Positions 1 through 12,302 of a DNA stretch of 64,000 nt are shown piece after piece. The DNA is from Vulcanimicrobiota bacterium (GTDB lineage: Bacteria; Vulcanimicrobiota; Xenobia; Xenobiales; JADMJV01). How positions within the stretch are numbered: position 1 is the stretch's first letter; each line of letters starts with the position of its first letter. A program made the translations under genes and the position numbers. The notes under the pieces were generated by a model. It saw only the letters and a list, made by a program, of their open reading frames with translations. It did not search any database and had not been told where the DNA came from. The stretch is from contig JBFWNU010000002.1 in NCBI GenBank assembly GCA_050250895.1, forward strand, positions 320,001 to 384,000, given 5' to 3'.

Positions 1-95
1 GAGGCTTTCAGCAGGCGTCCCCCTTCGGCGGCCTCGGCAACAATTTCGGTGGGGGTGGCTTCGGCAGCGGCCCAGCCTGGCTCCAGTTCTTCTAA
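1..95 (+). CDS. 3' end of a Gly/Phe-rich hypothetical protein (partial)
   Basis: Open frame from position 3 reads GFQQASPFGGLGNNFGGGGFGSGPAWLQFF, stop TAA at 93-95, followed by a terminator. Confidence 0.6.
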   Translation, partial: GFQQASPFGGLGNNFGGGGFGSGPAWLQFF

Positions 96-110
96 GTCAA
101 ACTGCCGGCG

Positions 111-140
111 AAAAAAGACACCCGATCGGGTGTCTTTTTT
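111..140. terminator. Bidirectional intrinsic terminator
   Basis: Perfect 30-nt palindrome AAAAAAGACACCCGATCGGGTGTCTTTTTT with A and T tails. Confidence 0.85.
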
Positions 141-289
141 GTTTTCCAGGGTATAAGGCTGGCTAGTGTAGACTTCACACGATGACGGCATCGCGCGGAG
201 AAACCACCGAAATTAGCAGGAATCCAGGACGGGGGCAGGAAGCCCCCGTGACTTTTCGCCTCGTCTGGGCGATTGGAGGCATACATACA

Positions 290-1519
290 TTGAGTTACCA
301 CCTATTCACTTCCGAGTCCGTGACCGAAGGTCACCCCGATAAGGTCTGTGACCAGATCTCGGACGCGATCCTCGACGCGTTCCTGGCCCAAGACCCCCAA
401 GCTCGCGTTGCTTGCGAGACGTTCGCCCATACGGGCTGCATCCACGTGGCCGGACAGATTTCGTCGTCGGCCAACTATGTCGACATCAGCGACATCGTGC
501 GCGCCACTCTGATGGAGATTGGCTACAACAACCCGGCTTACGGCATCGACGGCAAAAGCTGCGGCATCCTCATTTCGGTCGACAAGCAGAGCCCCGACAT
601 CGCCCAGGGCGTTGACGCTGCTCTCGAGACCCGCGATAAGGGCGCCAAGAGCGAAGAAGAGTCGATGGGCGCCGGCGACCAGGGCCTGATGTTCGGCTAC
701 GCCTGCCGCGAGACCGAAGAGCTGATGCCCCTGGGCATCATGATGAGCCACAAGCTGGCCCGTCAACTGGCCAAGGTTCGCCACGACGGCACCGTGCCTT
801 ATCTTCGCCCTGACGGCAAGACCCAGGTGACCGTGCGCTACGAAAACGACGAGCCGGTAGCCATCGAGACCATCTTGATCTCGACCCAGCACCACGACGG
901 CATCGAGCTCGAGCAGATCCGCAAGGACCTGGTCGAGCACGTCATCAAGCCCATCGTGCCGACCAAGATGCTCAAAGAAGAAAGCGGCAAGATCGTCAGC
1001 CCCCGCATCCTGGTCAACCCCACCGGCAAGTTCGTGCTGGGCGGTCCTGAAGCCGACACTGGCCTGACCGGCCGCAAGATCATCGTCGACACCTACGGCG
1101 GCATGGCTCGCCACGGTGGCGGCGCCTTCTCGGGCAAGGATCCCACCAAGGTCGACCGCTCGGCCAACTACGCTGCCCGCTGGGTGGCCAAGAACGTGGT
1201 CGCCGCAGGTCTTGCCGATCGCTGCGAAGTCGCTCTGTCCTACGCCATCGGCGTGGCCGAGCCGGTCAGCATCGCGGTCGATACCTTCGGTACCAACAAG
1301 ATCCCTCAAGAGAAGATTTCCGAGCTGGTAGAGAAGCACTTCGACCTGCGTCCCGGTGCCATCGTCAAGCAGCTCAAACTGCGCGAGCCGGGCTACAAAG
1401 CTGTGGCTGCTTACGGGCACTTTGGCCGTCACGATCTCAACCTGACCTGGGAGAAGACCGACAAGGCCGATGAGCTTCGCAAAGCGGCTGGTTTGAAAGA
1501 GGCTGTTGGCGCCAGCTAA
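290..1519 (+). CDS. metK: S-adenosylmethionine synthetase
   Basis: [28 protein letters not shown] and AAYGHFGR motifs; TTG start at 290 with GGAGG RBS. Confidence 0.98.
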   Translation: MSYHLFTSESVTEGHPDKVCDQISDAILDAFLAQDPQARVACETFAHTGCIHVAGQISSSANYVDISDIVRATLMEIGYNNPAYGIDGKSCGILISVDKQSPDIAQGVDAALETRDKGAKSEEESMGAGDQGLMFGYACRETEELMPLGIMMSHKLARQLAKVRHDGTVPYLRPDGKTQVTVRYENDEPVAIETILISTQHHDGIELEQIRKDLVEHVIKPIVPTKMLKEESGKIVSPRILVNPTGKFVLGGPEADTGLTGRKIIVDTYGGMARHGGGAFSGKDPTKVDRSANYAARWVAKNVVAAGLADRCEVALSYAIGVAEPVSIAVDTFGTNKIPQEKISELVEKHFDLRPGAIVKQLKLREPGYKAVAAYGHFGRHDLNLTWEKTDKADELRKAAGLKEAVGAS

Positions 1520-1545
1520 CGAAGATTCTTTTCAAAGCGAGGCTT

Positions 1546-1575
1546 GAAAGGGCGTCCTTGCGAGGGCGCCCTTTC
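1546..1575 (+). terminator. Probable intrinsic terminator after metK
   Basis: GAAAGGGCGTCCT-TGCG-AGGGCGCCCTTTC hairpin. Confidence 0.7.
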
Positions 1576-1610
1576 GTCGCCAGTTCGAGGAGGCGAACAC
1601 CCCCCACGCA

Positions 1611-5014
<3,404 letters not shown>

Positions 5015-5018
<4 letters not shown>

Positions 5019-5449
5019 CGCTCGTCGAGAAGTCCGTTGTGGACCTGGGGATAGTTCGGCCGAATATAGTCGAGCTGGAACGAGTGGATGCCCGGACAGG
5101 CCAGGGTGTAGCCAGGATTGCCGGTGGCATTGTCGACCGTATACGACGGGTCGTAGGCCAGCCCGTTACTGGGACAGGTCGGCAGAGCGGCAATGAAACG
5201 CTGGTTGAGGGGGCCGGCCGACAGGGTGTTCAAGGTCGGGGGATACAGACCGTTGTTGTCGGCGGCATAGCTTTCCAGGGCGGTGGCGATGTTCTTCTCG
5301 TTCGAGATGCAGCCGGCGTGGAAAGCCTTGAACCGGGCTCGCATCAAGTTGGGCAACAGCAGGCCCGCCAGCACGCCGATAATCATCATCACGATCATCA
5401 GCTCGATCAGGGTGAAGCCTCGGCTTCTTGGTCGTTTGATACTCATCAT
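5015..5449 (-). CDS. Type IV pilin/pseudopilin (GspG-like N-terminal methylation protein)
   Basis: G|FTLIELMIV prepilin cleavage motif followed by a hydrophobic helix. Confidence 0.9.
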
Positions 5450-5609
5450 TTTCCCCCTACGAAACCTCTTCAAGGAAAGTAATGTCTCACTTTGGGCGAG
5501 GATCCTCCGCAACTTAAGGGAAGGACTTTTGTTGATAGCAATGAACTTGCGCGTTCCAACTTACTTATACCCATGGTCCTACGCTTAGGGACGGGTTGGG
5601 AGGATTTTC

Positions 5610-6335
5610 TTGTCAAGCTTTTCATACAAACGTTTCATCGGCCTGGTCCTGGGCTGGTGCCTGTTGGCATCGCTGGCCGCCTCGGCCCAGTCGGCCACCT
5701 ACGCTATCCTTATTGTCGGCGATGAGAGCAATGCCGAAATGCTTCGCCAAGAAAAAGTCTTGATCGGGGCCATGGCCAAGACCATCCGCAAGCAAAGCCC
5801 CGATCAGAAGCTTTCGATCTACAGCTACCACTTCAACAAAGAGCGGGAGCGAGTCTATTGCGAGCAAAGACTCAACGTCTTGAAAGAAGACCTGCTTTTT
5901 GTAGGCGTGGTTCGCCTCGACGAGACCGTCCCCCGCAAGGTCGTCTATCGTATCGACCGCATCAACAATCCCACCCGCGCCGCCGACGACGTGTTGGCCC
6001 GCGCCGAAGAGTTGCGCACCGAGACCGTGGCCACCCCCGCCCCTGTGCCCGCCCCGGCTCCCTCCGAGACTCCGGCGCCCGCCACCGCTGGCTGGCGTAT
6101 TCAGCTCGGTTCGTTTACCCAGTTGAAGTACGCCGAGGAGCGGGTGCTTGAACTCGAAGAGCTTGGCTACGCCGCCACCATCGACAAGGGCGACCAGGCC
6201 GACAATCCGATGTTCAAAGTCACCGTCGGCCCTTTCGAGACCCGCGAGGCCCTCGACACCGCTTTGACCGAACTCAAGAGCAAGGGGTTCGAGCAAGCCT
6301 TCGCCATCGAGACCAAACCCCAAGACGGAGAGTGA
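5610..6335 (+). CDS. Secreted SPOR-domain protein
   Basis: Signal peptide, Pro/Ala linker, C-terminal WRIQLGSF...VTVGPF SPOR pattern. Confidence 0.85.
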   Translation: MSSFSYKRFIGLVLGWCLLASLAASAQSATYAILIVGDESNAEMLRQEKVLIGAMAKTIRKQSPDQKLSIYSYHFNKERERVYCEQRLNVLKEDLLFVGVVRLDETVPRKVVYRIDRINNPTRAADDVLARAEELRTETVATPAPVPAPAPSETPAPATAGWRIQLGSFTQLKYAEERVLELEELGYAATIDKGDQADNPMFKVTVGPFETREALDTALTELKSKGFEQAFAIETKPQDGE

Positions 6336-8363
6336 TTGGCGGGTTACGCCCAGGTCATACCCGATGTGAAGGCCCGGGCGTTGAGCCGGGCCTTCCTCTA
6401 TGCCGTTCCTGACGAGCTCGACCAGCAGGTTGGGCCGGGCTCGAGCGTGCAGGTGCCTTTCGGCCCGCGCACCGTGATGGGAGTGGTCATCGAGCGCACC
6501 GGCCGCCTACCCGACGGACTGACCCCCGAGCAGGTCAAGCCCATCACCAAGCTGCTCGACCCCGAGCCGATCTGGGGTCAGGCCATGCTCGAGTTGGCGG
6601 CCTGGCTGAGAGACTTCTATGTGACCACCTGGCAGCTCAGCTTGCAGGCCGTCATCCCGGCTCCGGTGATGAACCGGCTGCGGGCCGAATCGACCCGCCA
6701 GCGCAAGGGGCGAAAACTCAAACAGGCGGCCGTGGAGGGGGTCGAGCTGGGCGGCTACGCCAAGCCCGAACTGACTCCCGTGCAACACGAAGCCCTCGAG
6801 GGGATCCGCGCAGCCCGCCGCGAGCATAAGCCGGTGCTGCTCTTCGGCGTCACCGGCAGCGGCAAGACCGAGATCTATCTGCGGGCCGTGGCCGAAGTGC
6901 TCGAAGAGGGCGGGCAGGCCATGGTGCTGGTTCCCGAAGTGGCCCTCACTCCCCAGGCCATGGAACGCTATCGCGGGCGCCTGGGCGAGACGGTGGCGGT
7001 GCTGCACTCGGGCCTCTCCCCGGTGCAGCGGCGCACCGAGTGGTGGAAGTTGCGCCAGGGCGAGGCGCGGGTGGCCCTGGGCACCCGTTCGGCCGTCTTC
7101 GCCCCGCTGACCGACCTGTCGCTGGTGATTATCGATGAAGAGCATGAGCACTCTTATAAGCAGAGTGAGGAGCCCCGCTATCACGCCCGCCAGGTGGCCG
7201 CCTTCCGGGCCTCGCGGGCGGGAGCCTCGATCGTGTTGGGCAGCGCCACCCCGTCGTTGGAAAGCTTTTATCTGGCCCAGCGAGGCTATTATCGGTTGAT
7301 CGAGATGCCCGAGCGCGCCACGGGTGGCCAGTTGCCCGAGGTGGTTCGGGTGGACATGCGCCGCCACGGCCGCAACAAGCTGCTTTCGTATCCGTTGGTG
7401 AAAGCCATTTCCGAGCGGTTGGCCCTCAAGCAACAGACGGTCCTGTTGCTAAATCGGCGTGGCTTTTCTGCCTATCTCCAGTGCTATGAGTGCGGCCACG
7501 TGTGCCAGTGCCCGGATTGCAGTATCTCGCTGACCTTTCATCGGGCTCAAGGGAGACTGGTCTGCCACTACTGCGGCTACCAATGCCCCCCACCCTCCGT
7601 TTGTCCGACCTGTTCAGGCAGCAATTTCAGCTATCAAGGCGCCGGCACCGAGCGACTCGAAGAGGAGCTGGGCAAGAGTCTACCGGGCATTCGCATCGCT
7701 CGCATGGACCGCGATACGACCAGCCGGCCCGGGGCCCACGGCCAGATTCTCGAGCGCTTCGCCCAGGGCGAGGCCGATGTCTTGCTGGGCACCCAGATGG
7801 TGGCCAAGGGATTGGATTTTCCGGGAGTCACTCTGGTGGGGGTGGTCAACGCCGATGGCGGCCTCCACCTGCCTGATTTTCGGGCCAGCGAGCGCACCTT
7901 TCAGCTGATCACGCAGGTGGCCGGCCGGGCCGGCCGTGGGCAATGGAGCGGCGAGGTCTTCGTGCAAGCCATGGACCCCGATCATCCCTGTCTGGTGGCC
8001 GCCGCCAATCACGACTTTCGGGCCTTCTACGAGCATGAATTGACCGTCCGCGAGCATTCACTCTATCCGCCCTTCTGCCGGTTGGTGCGAGTGGGCGTCT
8101 CGGGGCTCGACGAAGAGGCCACCGCCCGGGCAGCCCATCGGTTGGGTCACGAGCTGGGCTCGAAAATCGAACAAGCCCAGCTGTTGGGACCTGCCCCCTG
8201 TCCCTTGCAAAGGATCCGCGGGCGCTACCGTTGGCACCTTTTGCTGAAGGGATCGAGGGTGCAGGATATGGCCAGAACAGCACGGAATACCTTGGACGCT
8301 CTGGCTCATTCGATGTCCGATTTTCGATTTCTGGTCGACCCTGATCCGCAGAGCCTGATGTAG
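6336..8363 (+). CDS. priA: Primosomal protein N' (replication restart helicase)
   Basis: GVTGSGKTE, DEEHE, four CxxC pairs, GTQMVAKGLDF, QVAGRAGR and DPDP motifs. Confidence 0.97.
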   Translation: MAGYAQVIPDVKARALSRAFLYAVPDELDQQVGPGSSVQVPFGPRTVMGVVIERTGRLPDGLTPEQVKPITKLLDPEPIWGQAMLELAAWLRDFYVTTWQLSLQAVIPAPVMNRLRAESTRQRKGRKLKQAAVEGVELGGYAKPELTPVQHEALEGIRAARREHKPVLLFGVTGSGKTEIYLRAVAEVLEEGGQAMVLVPEVALTPQAMERYRGRLGETVAVLHSGLSPVQRRTEWWKLRQGEARVALGTRSAVFAPLTDLSLVIIDEEHEHSYKQSEEPRYHARQVAAFRASRAGASIVLGSATPSLESFYLAQRGYYRLIEMPERATGGQLPEVVRVDMRRHGRNKLLSYPLVKAISERLALKQQTVLLLNRRGFSAYLQCYECGHVCQCPDCSISLTFHRAQGRLVCHYCGYQCPPPSVCPTCSGSNFSYQGAGTERLEEELGKSLPGIRIARMDRDTTSRPGAHGQILERFAQGEADVLLGTQMVAKGLDFPGVTLVGVVNADGGLHLPDFRASERTFQLITQVAGRAGRGQWSGEVFVQAMDPDHPCLVAAANHDFRAFYEHELTVREHSLYPPFCRLVRVGVSGLDEEATARAAHRLGHELGSKIEQAQLLGPAPCPLQRIRGRYRWHLLLKGSRVQDMARTARNTLDALAHSMSDFRFLVDPDPQSLM

Positions 8364-8415
8364 CGAAACTCCGGGCTTTCGTCCCGGTTCCACCTAGCAG
8401 TCCAAGGAGGAGCAA

Positions 8416-8913
8416 ATGCGAAAAGTTTTTCAGGCAGGTTTGGCTGCCTTTCTTACCCTGATCGTCGTCTCGGCCACGTGGGCCGAGACGGTCAAGACCG
8501 ACGGCAAGAACAAGGATTCCCCGATCCAGGTGACCAAGCTCGATTTCTATGACAGTGGCTATGGACAACCCGGCCCCAATGCCGAAATTCGGATCTCCAC
8601 CACCGTCAAGAACGCTTCCGCCGAGGACACCCTCAAGAACGTCGTCATCCACCTGCAGTTGAAGAACCTGGCCGGCGACGTGGTGCAGGAGTGGGTCCAC
8701 AAGGCCGGAGAGATGAAGCCCGGCGCCAGCGTCTCTTATCAGCCCGACAGCATCTACTACAACAACTCCTTCAATAACGTCCAGCCCGGTGTGTTGGTCG
8801 AGCATGACAAAGTAGAAGAGAAGAAGAAGCCGGCGCCCGAAGCCACTCCTACTCCTGATGCCGAAGAGACTCCGGCCAAGTCCTCGAAGAAGTCGAGCAA
8901 GAAGAAAAAGTAG
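8416..8913 (+). CDS. Secreted hypothetical protein (Ig-like/FxLYD-like) with Lys-rich tail
   Basis: AGGAGG RBS, signal peptide, beta-rich domain. Confidence 0.7.
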   Translation: MRKVFQAGLAAFLTLIVVSATWAETVKTDGKNKDSPIQVTKLDFYDSGYGQPGPNAEIRISTTVKNASAEDTLKNVVIHLQLKNLAGDVVQEWVHKAGEMKPGASVSYQPDSIYYNNSFNNVQPGVLVEHDKVEEKKKPAPEATPTPDAEETPAKSSKKSSKKKK

Positions 8914-9401
8914 TGCCGGTCCTTCCCATCAAGATGGTGGGCGAGGCCGTTCTTCGCCGCAAAGCCACCAAGATCGAGCGAGTCGACGCTCCTCTGGCTC
9001 GCCTGCTCGAAGACATGGTCGAGACGATGTACGCGGCCAACGGTATTGGTTTGGCCGGTCCCCAGGTGGGCGTAGCCCAGCGTCTGCTAGTGATCGATAT
9101 CGGTGACGGCCCACTCAAAATCATCAACCCCCGCATCGTCGAGCATCACGGCCGGGCCAGCGGGCCCGAGGGGTGCCTCTCGATCCCGGGCCTGGTAGGT
9201 GAGGTCGAGCGTCACGAAAAGATCGTGGTCAAGGCCATCGACGAGTCAGGCCAGAACGTGGTCCACGAGGCCGACGGGCTGTTGGCGGTGGTGTTTCAAC
9301 ACGAGATCGATCATCTCGATGGCAAGCTCTTTATCGACACGGCCATCAATATCTACGACGCCACCCAGGTTCCTGACGAAGAGGAAGAACTCGAGGAATG
9401 A
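8913..9401 (+). CDS. def: Peptide deformylase
   Basis: GIGLAGPQ, EGCLS and QHEIDHLDG motifs. Confidence 0.97.
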   Translation: MPVLPIKMVGEAVLRRKATKIERVDAPLARLLEDMVETMYAANGIGLAGPQVGVAQRLLVIDIGDGPLKIINPRIVEHHGRASGPEGCLSIPGLVGEVERHEKIVVKAIDESGQNVVHEADGLLAVVFQHEIDHLDGKLFIDTAINIYDATQVPDEEEELEE

Positions 9402-10339
9402 GAGCCATCTACATGGGCAGCCCCGAGTTCGCGGTGCCTTCGCTCGAGGCCACGGCCGAGTGCTGTGACCTGGTGGCTGTTTACACCCAACCGGACCGTC
9501 CGCGGGGGCGGCGCGGCTCGCAACTGGTGCCGACCCCGGTCAAAGCCCGGGCCCTCGAACTGGGCGTTCCCGTGCACGAGCCGGCCCGCATCCGGGATGA
9601 AGAGGTGGTCGAGCAGTTGCGGGCCTACGCCCCCGACGTCATCCTGGTGGCTGCCTACGCCAAGCTCATTCCGCCCGTCATTCTCGAGCTTCCCCGCCAT
9701 GGCTGCATCAATGTCCACCCCTCGCTGCTGCCGCGGTATCGTGGAGCCATTCCGGTGCAGGCCGCGGTCATGAACGGCGACTCCGAGACGGGCGTGTGCA
9801 CCTTCTTCATGGATGAGGGCTACGATACCGGAGATCTCATCCTGACCATCAAGACGCCCCTGGGTCAGGACGAGACCGGCGAAGAGCTGATGGCCCGCCT
9901 GGCCGGGATGGGGGCCGACTTGCTCAAAGAAACCGTGGCTGCGCTTGCCGCCGGCACGGCCCCGCGGGTTCCTCAACCGGCCGAGGCTGAAGGTGGCTAC
10001 ACCAAGCCTTTGAAAAAGCACGACCTGATGGTGGACTGGAGCCAACCGGCCGAGCGGGTGCGCAATTTCATTCGGGCCCTGGCTCACGAACCCGGGGCGG
10101 CCGTGCGCCTGGGGGAGCAACCGATCAAAGTCGGCAAAGCCCGGGTCCATTCGGCTGAGGGAAGGCCGGGCGAAGTCATCGACGTCCTCAAGGGCGAGGG
10201 TCCGGTGGTGGCCTGCGGCCAGGGAAGCGTCGTTCTGCTCGAGGTGAAACCGCCCGGCAAGAAGTGGATGGATGCCTGGTCCTATCAGCAGGGCGCCAAG
10301 CTCGTTCCCGGCGTCAGGTTCGAATTGGCCACAGTCTAA
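9398..10339 (+). CDS. fmt: Methionyl-tRNA formyltransferase
   Basis: MGSPEFA and INVHPSLLPRYRGA motifs; ATGA overlap with def. Confidence 0.97.
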   Translation: MRAIYMGSPEFAVPSLEATAECCDLVAVYTQPDRPRGRRGSQLVPTPVKARALELGVPVHEPARIRDEEVVEQLRAYAPDVILVAAYAKLIPPVILELPRHGCINVHPSLLPRYRGAIPVQAAVMNGDSETGVCTFFMDEGYDTGDLILTIKTPLGQDETGEELMARLAGMGADLLKETVAALAAGTAPRVPQPAEAEGGYTKPLKKHDLMVDWSQPAERVRNFIRALAHEPGAAVRLGEQPIKVGKARVHSAEGRPGEVIDVLKGEGPVVACGQGSVVLLEVKPPGKKWMDAWSYQQGAKLVPGVRFELATV

Positions 10340-10862
10340 GCCGGCTACCCAGGATCTCATAGTCCTTACCGGCCGGCCAGTGGCCGGTCTTACCTTCACC
10401 GGTCACGGTCAAGCCGTTTTCGGCTACAGCTAGCTCCAGATGGCGCCGTGACAACCCGGGAAAGCCCAACCGCAGCTCCGCCTCTTCGGCCCGTCCCACG
10501 ATGGTCGCCCGTGAGCGGTCGACCAGGGCGCACTTGCCCAACCCCAGCCCCCCGACGACCTCGACGAGATAGTCAGCCGCGGGTCGACCGGGATAGGCGA
10601 ACTCGAGTCCGGTCGGGCCCAGTTGCTGGTGCCAGGGGGCAGCCGTGACCCAGCCGCGTCGGCCGGCCTCGCCTTCCAACTCGCCCAGCAGGGGGACGGG
10701 AAGCATCTCGGGGACGATGATTCGGTTGGGACAGTAGCGGCGAGCCACCAGGGACCGAGGTAGCAGACGTTCGAGTTCGTAGCAGTGCTCGAGAGCGTCG
10801 CGGGCCTCGATGGCCTCGAGCCGGTCCTGAAAGAAGTGCTCGAGACGGTCGAGCCAACTCAA
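10314..10862 (-). CDS. FHA-domain protein (FhaA-like)
   Basis: VGR...SRRH FHA motif; TTG start overlaps the rlmN stop (TTGA). Confidence 0.7.
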   Translation of the reverse strand: MSWLDRLEHFFQDRLEAIEARDALEHCYELERLLPRSLVARRYCPNRIIVPEMLPVPLLGELEGEAGRRGWVTAAPWHQQLGPTGLEFAYPGRPAADYLVEVVGGLGLGKCALVDRSRATIVGRAEEAELRLGFPGLSRRHLELAVAENGLTVTGEGKTGHWPAGKDYEILGSRLRLWPIRT

Positions 10863-11986
10863 GCGGTGCGGGCCCGCCGAGGACGGGTTTCGCCCAGGTC
10901 GCGCAGGCGCAGTTGCCCACAGGCGGCGTCGATATCCGACCCCTTTTCCTGGCGGACGGTACACTTGATGCCGAACTCTTCGATCTTGTCTTGAAAGGCG
11001 CGCACGGCGGCTGGCCGGCTGCGCTGGTAGGGGATGCCCTCGACCGGATTCCAGGGGATCAGATTGACCAGGGCGTGAATGCCTTCCAGCAGTTCGCCCA
11101 GACGCTGGGCCTCGGCCACCGAGTCGTTGACCCCATCGAGCAAGATGTATTCGAAGGTGATGCGGCGCTCGGTAACGGCCTGATACTCACGGCAGGCCTG
11201 GAGCAGCTCGGCGATGGGCCAGCGCCGATTGACGGGCATCATCTTGGAGCGCAGCTCGTCATCGGTGGCGTGAAACGAGATGGCCAGGCGGATGGCCAGT
11301 TTCTCTTCGGCCAACTGCCGGATCTTGGGCACCAGTCCCGAGGTGGACACGGTGAGATGGCGCATGCCGATGCCGATACCCTCGGCCAGGTTCAGCAAGC
11401 GGATGGCCCGCAGTACGTTGTCGTAATTGTGGAGGGGCTCGCCCAGGCCCATGAAGACGACGTTCGAAACGCGCTCGTCTTGCTCGCGCACGTCGTTTTG
11501 GATCTGCAGCACCTGATCGACGATTTCCCAGGTCTTGAGGTGGCGCTTGAGACCGAGCAACCCCGAAGCACAGAAATCGCAGGCCATGGCGCAGCCCACC
11601 TGAGAGGAGATGCAGACCGCCACTCGACCCGGTCCGAGATTCTCGAGGTAGCGCATGCGAACGCTCTCGACTTCGCCTCCGGCGGGCAACTCGAAGAGAT
11701 ATTTGGTGGTGTCTTGATTCTTGGAACTCTGGAAGCGGCGGGTGTTGAGTTGGGGAATGACGGCCACATCTATCAGGCGGGCCCGCAGCTCTTTGGAGAG
11801 GTCGGTCATGTTTTCGAACTCGCTCTCGCCCCGCACATAGAGCCAGCGAATCAGCTGGCGGGCCCGATAGGCGGGCTCGCCGAGCTGGGCAAAGAACTGC
11901 TCGATCTCGTCGGGCAAGAGATCCTTGAGATTGACCTTTCCCTCGTAGAGATGGTCAGAGAAGTGTTCGGTCACCGGCGCACTCAC
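10859..11986 (-). CDS. rlmN: 23S rRNA A2503 C2-methyltransferase (radical SAM)
   Basis: CISSQVGCAMACDFC, MGLGEP and DIDAACGQL motifs; GTG start 6 nt after TATAAT. Confidence 0.96.
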   Translation of the reverse strand: MSAPVTEHFSDHLYEGKVNLKDLLPDEIEQFFAQLGEPAYRARQLIRWLYVRGESEFENMTDLSKELRARLIDVAVIPQLNTRRFQSSKNQDTTKYLFELPAGGEVESVRMRYLENLGPGRVAVCISSQVGCAMACDFCASGLLGLKRHLKTWEIVDQVLQIQNDVREQDERVSNVVFMGLGEPLHNYDNVLRAIRLLNLAEGIGIGMRHLTVSTSGLVPKIRQLAEEKLAIRLAISFHATDDELRSKMMPVNRRWPIAELLQACREYQAVTERRITFEYILLDGVNDSVAEAQRLGELLEGIHALVNLIPWNPVEGIPYQRSRPAAVRAFQDKIEEFGIKCTVRQEKGSDIDAACGQLRLRDLGETRPRRARTA

Positions 11987-11992
11987 GGGGCG

Positions 11993-11998
11993 ATTATA
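11993..11998 (-). promoter_or_regulatory. -10 box of a probable leaderless rlmN transcript
   Basis: TATAAT-N6-GTG with no Shine-Dalgarno sequence. Confidence 0.6.
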
Positions 11999-12302
11999 GC
12001 CGCTTTGCGAAAGCCCTGGCAAGATCAGAGCTTTATGGACAGGTCGATGCCAACATGTAAACATTTCGACGTTTCACCGGTCACTGCCACTGTCAGGCAG
12101 GCGCTAACCCCCTCGGTTATTGAAGTTGAGGACTCGAAGCCGGCCGATAGCGTCATGGGCTGCGGCTTGTTTCGATACCACGAACTGACTATAATGATCG
12201 GGCCCAGTTCGTTAACATTTGGCCAAGTCGAGGGTTCAGGAAGTTTTCAGGACCGAACGCTAATCTGAACCAGATAAGCCTAAGGGGAGAAGAGCGTCGA
12301 AA

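Noticed and set aside
141-289. Known SAM-I or SMK riboswitch before metK
   Set aside because: Conserved core sequences were not found by eye; kept only as an unassigned leader
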